NCBI RefSeq assembly: GCF_004010195.1
Contig: NC_057749.1
Span: forward strand, 21,965,998-22,022,673
Length of the DNA: 56,676 nt
Reading direction: 5' to 3'
Source of the DNA: Chiloscyllium plagiosum
Taxonomy: Eukaryota
In this document: piece by piece, positions 49,335 through 56,676 of the stretch
Numbering within the stretch: the first letter of the stretch is position 1
Layout of the letters: every line of letters begins with the position of its first letter
Program-made: the position numbers and the translations under genes
The notes under the pieces: generated by a model
Told to the model about the DNA's origin: nothing
Databases searched by the model: none
The model's input: the letters and a program-made list of their open reading frames with translations, nothing else

Positions 49335-49648
49335 TTTAGATTAGATTACCTACAGTGTGGAAACAGGCCCTTCGGCCCAACAAGTCCACACCGACCCGCC
49401 AAAGCGCAACCCACCCATACCCCTATACTTACCCTTTCACCTAACACTACGGGCAGTTTAGCATGGTCAATCCAACTAACCTGCACATCTTTGGACTGTG
49501 GGAGGAAACCGGAGCACCCGGAGGATTCCCACGCAGACACGGGGAGAATGTGCAAACTCCACACAGACAGTCACCTGAGGCGGGAATCGAACCCGGGTCT
49601 CTGGCGCTGTGAGGCAGCAGTGCTAACCACTGTGCCACCGTGCCGCCC
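49335..49648 (-). mobile_element. HE1-type V-SINE, full length, young
   Basis: Intact head GGGCGGCACGGTGGCACAGTGGTTAGC, CpGs retained, (TAATC)n tail. Confidence 0.96.
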
Positions 49649-50852
49649 AATTTGTTGGTTATGAATCATCTTTGGTGTTTTCTGAGGAGTGATCAGTGAA
49701 TGAAAGCTTTTGCCTGCTAAGGTAGAAAAAAATACTGAGACGTCACGATAATCTTTCTGTAATTATTCCTGTCGCTGCCTACCTTTCCCTAAATGCAGAC
49801 AAATCCTGTTTGCAAAGGTATGAAGGACTTCTCTGTTGACTTCTTTCATTTTGATTTAAAAAGATCCCTAAACTTCACAAACCAGGACAGAAGTTTGTGT
49901 TAATCCGTGCAAATAGTGTTCCTGCGTGAAAGATCAGCTCTCACACCCCCCACCCCCTCAGAAGCTCTCCCCAGGTCCCAGAGCGCAGAAATCAGCAGCC
50001 AATTCTGTTTAACAGCACATCTCCCAGCTCTCTGTCTGCTGGTACTGTCAGTCCTGAAGTCCTGGGGGAGTTGAAGGAGCCAGTTTCCTGAATGATGGGG
50101 ATGGATTTTAATATAAATATTAAACAATTTACATAGAACTGTATTCAGTTGGTGTGCTCACTCCTCTCTCTGTTGGTCAGAGCTTAGCTCCTTCTCACTC
50201 CCGCCACATCCCCTCCCACCGCCCCCGTGTCCTCAATCTCCAAGGCTTTGTCTGAACGGACAGCACCCCCTTCCCCAAACTATGAGATGCCCAACAGAAG
50301 CGGCGCTCCTGAAATGCACAAGTTTCCACACGTTGCCGATAGAGAAGGTGTGTGGGCTTTTATATACAGGCCCAACCCCAACCCTGGGAGTAGACCCTTT
50401 CCCCCCCCAGTCAATCACTGAGCTGTCAAGTTTTGTAAAGTGCGCTGCACAAAATGGAACCCCTACAGCAACAACTTGCATTGCTGTAACACCTTTCACA
50501 CAGCAAAGTATTATAAAGCAAACTTTAGCACAAAACCAGACATCCCACTGTCCCTGGGCCCTTGAAATCCCCTTGCTCACAGCACATGGAGTACAACTGT
50601 TCAAGAAGGCAGCTCACCACCACCTTCTCTTGGGATTTATTTCCCAACTAGAGATGGTCAATGATATCCCACTCCATGAAGGAATGGAATTAAAATCACG
50701 GTATCTCATAATGAGGACAACAGGCAATCAAAGCTTAATCAAAGGGGTCACTTTAAGAAGCCTCAGAAAGGAAGGAATGGAGGTGTGATGATGCTGCCCC
50801 TTTAACAAGGTTATGTTGTCCTTGGAGCAGGAGAATCAACATTTTGGGCATC

Positions 50853-50886
50853 ATCCTGATGAAGGGCTTATGCCCGAAACGTCGGT
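50853..50886 (+). ncRNA. Minimal type I hammerhead ribozyme motif, intact core
   Basis: AUC-CUGAUGA-A-GGGC UUAU GCCC-GAAAC-GUC-GGU inside Penelope-derived insert ~50821-50967. Confidence 0.75.
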
Positions 50887-51408
50887 TCTCCTGCTCCTCG
50901 GATACTGCCTGACCGGCTGTGCATTTCGACTCTGATCTCCACCATCTGCAGTCCTCACTTTCTCCTACATTTTCCTTGTTTGTTTTCCAAATGGGGTCTT
51001 AAAGGCAGAGGTTCCGATTTGTCTGGAAATGTCTATTTGGAAACAATGGCAGGGGAGTGGCCAGTTGTCCCAGTTCAGGTTTAATTTTCCAGTTTGGTTT
51101 GTTTTATCAGGCAGTCAGAAACTGTTGGGGCCCTAGAGAAGCAGCTACAGTGAAAAGACGTTCCATGCTTCAACAGATGTTTCTTGCCTGAACTTTCCCT
51201 CTGAAACCTCTCCTGCCTGTAAGACCCTGTGTTTGAATTTACCTTTTGCCAAGGGGTGTGTTTATGGGGTGTTGCGTGGATTGGAACAGTTTCATTAAGT
51301 TGCGATATCGTGTTGGTTGAGTTATCAAATAAGTTGTTATTCTAAATTCTGTTGTCGTTTGTTTGTGTTTCGTCTGTAATGTTTCAATAAATTCTGTTTT
51401 GTTGAAAG

Positions 51409-51749
51409 TAGTCATGATTCGGAGATGCCGGTGTTGGACTGGGGTGTACAAAGTTAAAAATCACACAACACCAGGTTATAGTCCAACAGGTTTAATTGGA
51501 AGCACTAGCTTTTGGAGCACTGCTCCTTCATCAGGTGGTTGATTATTAAGTCTCTCATCTCTCAACAGACAATCAAGGTGTCTTTCAATGTATAATTTCA
51601 GTTACATCACACTGTAAACTTTTGCTATAAATTCTGTGTCTTACAATCATGTACTCCACAACCACCTGATGAAGGACCAGCACTCCGAAAACTAGTGCTT
51701 CCAATTAAACCTGTTGGACTATAACCTGGTGTTGTGTGATTTTTAACTT
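51409..51749. mobile_element. Penelope-derived inverted-repeat element
   Basis: ~88-nt inverted arms (51450-51537, 51663-51750), each with a hammerhead-like motif; 14-bp flanking duplication TGTTTTGTTGAAAG. Confidence 0.9.
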
Positions 51750-52132
51750 TGTTTTGTTGAAAGCTGAGTGTTTTGACCAGCTGCGTCACTCCTGGGATAT
51801 CTACTGTACACCTGCCTTTAAAACAATAAAGGTTAGGGTCTGGGCTACCTTCTTAATGTACTTTAAGGGGGTCTTCAAGGGGGTCTATAAGGGGGTCTGC
51901 CCCGGTCTATAACTGAGGGAAAGGGACAATGTGGCTTAAGGAGAGCATTCTGGAACTTTAGGCCTTGGCAGTTGGAGACACAGATGCCAACGATGGCATG
52001 AGCACAGCCAGGGATGGTCAAATGGGAGGAATATCCAAGGGTCCGAGCTAGATCTGGACAGACACTTCACCACACTTATCTGCTGCCCTTTTCAACGAGG
52101 TAATGACTGATCGATAGTTATAGTTAAATTTA

Positions 52133-52831
52133 CAGAGGGACCTCAATTATCCGAATATCAATTATCTGAATATCAGATTATCCGAAGAGGATCTCAAGGT
52201 CCCGATAGAAACATTACGTCAAAGAGCTGTTTCAACCCAGATCGCGTCTTTTGTTTACAGGTACAATGATTAAAAACGAACTCGGCTCACTGAAATGCTG
52301 CAGAGAACAGCCCTGGACAGTCCAGGCACCGTCTCTAAATGACTGACCTCCCACCCTCTCTCTCTCTCTCCCCACACTTTCCCTGGAGTTCTACACGGTG
52401 GTGAACCCCCCCTCTTCCCCAGATAATCTCTCCAACATTGTCCTGTATAGGGCAGAGGTGGAACCTGTCAAAATGTTGTGCGTGAACATAGAACATAGAA
52501 CATAGAACAATACAGCACAGAACAGGCCCTTCGGCCCACGATGTTGTGCCGAACTTCTAACCTAGATTAAGTACCCATCCATGTACCTACCCAAATGCCG
52601 CTTAAAGGTCGCCAATGAGGATTGAGGGTGAATGGGGGGGGGGTGTTGGACTGGGTTGGGAACGGATGGGGGATGGGGTCTCACACACAGTGTGCTGTGG
52701 CCTAGTCTGCTGAACTGGGAACTGGCTTCACAGAAAACTCCGAGCCCCAGAGGAAATCAATTAACTGAATAATCAATTCTCCGAACAAAATAGTGTCAGT
52801 CCATCTCATTCGGACAATCGAGATTCCTCTG
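52133..52831. mobile_element. Tigger/pogo-like non-autonomous DNA transposon with a nested CR1 tail (~52486-52618)
   Basis: TIRs CAGAGGGACCTCAATTATCCGAA / TTCGGACAATCGAGATTCCTCTG, TA on both sides. Confidence 0.88.
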
Positions 52832-54563
52832 TATATAGATCTATAAAGTTACAGAGTGACCTATGACAAATCTTATGTTTGCCCAATCCCTTAATAGCTT
52901 CAGTTAACAAAAATACATCAATGTTAACTTTAAAATGACTGATTGCTCGCACTTCTATAACTGATTACGGAAATGAGTTCCAAACTTAACACTTAAGAAA
53001 TATTTCTGAATTTCTATCCTGAACAGCCTGACTCTGATAATTATGCCCTGGATCAAGAATCCTCTTGTATCTCTCTGTCGCACCTATCTGTCCCCTTTAA
53101 CATGTAAACTTCAATCAAACGACCCCTTAATCTGCTAACTGTCAGGGAATGGAACCCATTTTGTCTGATGTCCCGTCACAACGTAACGTTTATTCCCGGT
53201 ATGATTCCGGATATTTCAGAAGTGTGAAATGAAAAGGCCTTGGAGGGGATTTGAAGGAGAGTTTTAAAATTAAGCTGTTGTTGAACAAGGAGCCAATGTG
53301 CATTGGCAATGGAGAGGTGGAGGGTGATTGGTGAGAGTTAAGACATGGTTATCTACCTTGGCTACAGTTATGAAATTCTGATATTACTTATTATATAACA
53401 AGCACATTTCTCATTTGAAACCTGTAATTTTCACTTTTAAAAAGTTTTTTTTTCAAAGTGGAAGTCATTGCCAAGCACCATCTGTCACACTAAGCAATTG
53501 ATCTATATTATTTCAGCATCAGTCATAAAGGGCCTCACGTCAAATTTGAATAGCCCTTAGAGAACACACTAAGAGGGTGTGAGAATTCAAAACTTCTGGG
53601 AGAGCATGAGACAGAAAAAGATCTCAATGTAAATTGCACGAGCAAGGTGTGATGTGAAATTAACATCTAAGCAGCTTAGCTTTGGTGGTGCTCAAGACAG
53701 AATTGTAAAAGCCATTTTGCGCAAACCTGCCCCAGAAAGGATTCTAACCGACAACATCAGGGAGACAGGGTTCTTATCCACACGGAGGGAAAGGAGGAAG
53801 GTGCTCTGAAATCTACCAATGTTCAGCCAAAAAAAAACCCCTGAGCAATCTGCAAAAGCTGTAACTGTAAAAATAGTGAGGAACAAGTAACATTCTATCT
53901 CTCTCTCTGTTGACTTGCTGAGTCACTATGCAGGCCGATGACAACTATTCAGCTGTAGAGGTCATCACAGATGCAAAATCTGATTTCACGTTGCAACCCC
54001 TTCAATTCAGAAAGAGAAACTTTAAGAACTAATAGGCATGTAACGATCTCAGACTAACCTTTTTTCCATGCTTATAAATGTCTTTTATCCTTACCCAGTT
54101 TGAATTAGTGTCTGTATTTCGGCTAATAACTTTATTAATTTTTATTTGCTCAAACAATGTACAACAGTAGTTGTGTGATAAATTAATTTTTCATCTTGTT
54201 TAAAGCATGAGGCTGTGCCGCTGATTATTTTAAAATTGAGAACACTTGAAAACTGAAAGGAGATTGTGAATGAGTTGAGAGAAACTCTTAATTCAGGGGG
54301 AGCACTCATGATATGCCTAGGATGTGACAGTGACAGACCCCTGAAATATTAACAAAGTTAACTAAACTGTAGGCAGTAGTTCTGCAGGAGCGAGCTATCT
54401 ATGTGTACGACAGACAAAAAGAAAGGATGCTAATCCAGAGAAACTCTGCAGGTCTGGTGTAGCAATTGTGAAGCGAAGTAAGCCTTCACAGGCTTGTGTA
54501 CCCATTTCTGCTCTGAAATGGCTCAGTTCCAGACACCAACAGATCAAACAGCAACGTGACCTG

Positions 54564-55116
54564 GTGAGAGAGGGAGGGGACAGACCAGGACGGGAGACAG
54601 TGAGAGAGGGAGAGGATAGGCCAGGACGGGGGACAGTGAGAGAGGGAGGGGACAGACCAGGACGGGACAGTGAGAGAGGGAGGGGACAGACCAGGATGGG
54701 GACAGTGAGAGAGGGAGAGGATAGGCCAGGACGGGGGACAGTGAGAGAGGGAGGGGACAGACCAGGACGGGGACAGTGAGAGAGAGAGGGGACAGACCAG
54801 GACAGGGGACAGTGAGAGAGGGAGGGTACAGACCAGGACGGGGACAGTGAGAGAGGGAGGGGACAGACCAGGACAGGGGACAGTGAGAGAGGGAGGGTAC
54901 AGACCAGGATAGGGACAGTGAGAGAGGAAGGGGACAGACCAGGATAGGGACAGTGAGAGAGGGAGGGTCCCAGACCAGGACGGGGACAGTGAGAGAGGGA
55001 GGGGACAGACCAGGACAGGGGACAGTGAGAGAGGGAGGGTACAGACCAGGATAGGGACAGTGAGAGAGGGAGGGGACAGACCAGGACGGGGGACAGTGAG
55101 AGAGGGAGGGGACAGA
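54564..55116. repeat. 34-36-bp purine-rich minisatellite, about 15-16 units
   Basis: Unit GTGAGAGAGGGAGGGGACAGACCAGGACGGGGACA. Confidence 0.97.
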
Positions 55117-56079
55117 TGAAGACCGGGTGCTGGCAGCTCAGGACAAGTTTGAGCAAGAAGCAGGGGAGATCTAGCCCTCATGGGGAGGTCAAGCGCAGAA
55201 CGGCCAGGCACTTACGGAATGTGGGATTGAACTGTTAACTGTGTTCCTTGCTTCTCTAAAATTTAGTAAGAAGAACTGTAACTTTATTTCCTTTATTTTT
55301 CTGCCTTGTACCATGATTCTGTACCTGTATACCCAAGACGGTGTACTGTCCTCATGTGAGTATAAAGTTAATTCAATTTCGTTCTCTGTCCCACCTCAGA
55401 AGGGTAGAGTGAGGCCGTGCGATTAATATCAAGTCTTTCAGTCGTTGCCTCTTTAACTGTTCCCGAATAAGTTTGCGGACGCTGAGATTTGAAGAGAAGA
55501 GGCATTTCTCCAGGGTTTTGGTGTCAGGAAAGCGAACTTTCACAGGCAGTGTCACCAAAGAGCTGTCAGACCTGCCTTAATTATGATTAATAGCACATCT
55601 AGCAAGACTGCTCGCACCGAGTTTGGGTCGAACTTCCGTGGCTGTTGCTAAATATTATCTCAGAAGCATCTGCTGAAACCGTGTTTGATTTTGAAATGAG
55701 ACATTTTCAGTTGTGAGCTGACGTGCACTGAAGTTCCGGTGTGTAGAGTTTCCAAGTCAAGGGCTCCTTGGGAGGGGAGGGGGGAGTGGGGGATGTGGGA
55801 TGAATCCTCTCCCTAATCGTATTTCCGTTTCATTAATGCTAATGAAAACTGAGAATGCTGGAGAAACTCAGCAGGTCTGGCAGCCTCGCTGGAGTGTGAG
55901 AGAGAGAGAGAGAGAGAAAAACAGTTAATGTTTCGAGTCTGGTGTGTCTACTCTGTAGAACTGCACTACCATGGACCTGGTAAAAGTTGGCAAAATACAG
56001 CCAGGACTCTTAACTCCAATAATCACTGTTTTCTTGAGAAGTGTCAGCAATTGGATAGGAACTTTAAAGCAAACCTTAC

Positions 56080-56270
56080 AGTGATTTTACAAGGTCAGCC
56101 AGATGGACCTCACAGAATATGAGTTCCCTGATTGGGGCTGTTAATTTGGCCCAATCAGGGAGCCCTGGCTGACCTATGAAAAGATTGAATGTACCTGACT
56201 CTGAATGGGACTAAAGGCAAGGACCGTTCATGTGTAAATAGAGGGTGACTTGGTGACAGGATACCAACCT
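56080..56270 (+). mobile_element. LTR-like repeat, same family as 24692-24881
   Basis: GGACCTCACAGAATATGAGTTCCCTGATTGG...GTGACTTGGTGACAGGATACC. Confidence 0.6.
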
Positions 56271-56622
56271 TGGGGTGGGGGATGTGTGGGGGGGGGGGGG
56301 GGGTGGGGTTATATCATCTGCCTGGCTAGGAACTGAGGAAACGGGAAACGGCCGGAGAAACTTGATCATATCAGCCTCACCTTCACTGTCAGGATGGTTT
56401 TGAGTCATTTCTGCTCCAGAGGCATGTAATAACAGCGCTGAACAGGGTTGATTAGAAAAATAGGTCAATAAACCTTTTTTTTCTGGAAGATTATTTGAAA
56501 AAGATGGTGTACAGGAATATGGGGAAAAGGCAGGAGATTGGCATGAGGGAATAGAACCATTTCAGGCACAATGGGCCACATGGCCTTCGTACGATGTTGT
56601 GATTCACATTTTCTCATACTTT

Positions 56623-56676
56623 CACACACACCCACACACACCCACACACACCCACACACACACACACACCCACACA
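56623..56676. repeat. (CA)n microsatellite after a CR1 tail fragment
   Basis: Imperfect CA repeat to window end. Confidence 0.95.

Larger units (their letters stand above)
50784..51914 (+). mobile_element. Solo LTR (Gypsy/ERV-like) with two nested Penelope-derived inserts
   Basis: Starts TGTGAT, ends ATAACT (terminal CA mutated), 4-bp TSD GAGG (50780-83, 51915-18), AATAAA at ~51386. Confidence 0.75.

Noticed and set aside
49560..49648. tRNA-like sequence with A and B boxes (and all similar heads)
   Set aside because: SINE head continuing straight into the V-domain; not a standalone tRNA gene.
50282..50788. 168-aa plus-strand ORF
   Set aside because: Overlaps LINE tail remnants (ACAACTTGCATT, TTCAAGAAGGCAGCTCACCACCACCTTCTC); no recognisable domain.
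1..56676. Conserved miRNA, snRNA or rRNA genes
   Set aside because: I recognised none by eye; an Rfam/miRBase scan is needed to exclude them.

Overview
Vertebrate nuclear DNA, almost certainly from a shark/elasmobranch. The evidence is about 18 HE1-type V-SINE copies, CR1 (HER1-like) LINEs with the matching 3' tails, Rex/Babar LINEs and Penelope elements. The window is repeat-dominated intronic or intergenic sequence with two assembly gaps (11202-11701, 12834-13222). I recognise no host protein-coding exon, rRNA, true tRNA gene or CRISPR array, and nearly every listed ORF is a LINE/Penelope fragment, an antisense SINE reading or a minisatellite frame. Main structures: (1) a frameshifted but near-complete CR1 ORF2 at 15.8-19.2 kb (-); (2) an older, probably full-length CR1 with an esterase-type ORF1 spread over ~29.8-37.6 kb and broken by many nested insertions; (3) three families of short Penelope-derived elements carrying minimal hammerhead-ribozyme motifs, two with intact cores, often in inverted-repeat hairpins with 11-17 bp flanking duplications; (4) a solo LTR with a 4-bp TSD; (5) Tigger-like MITEs; (6) three minisatellites; (7) several repeat-free islands that look like enhancers or exons of an unrecognised host gene. 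The hammerhead elements are the most system-like signal, but they fit known Penelope biology. I cannot claim a new system from sequence alone. Repeat boundaries are by eye and approximate unless a TSD or TIR is quoted.
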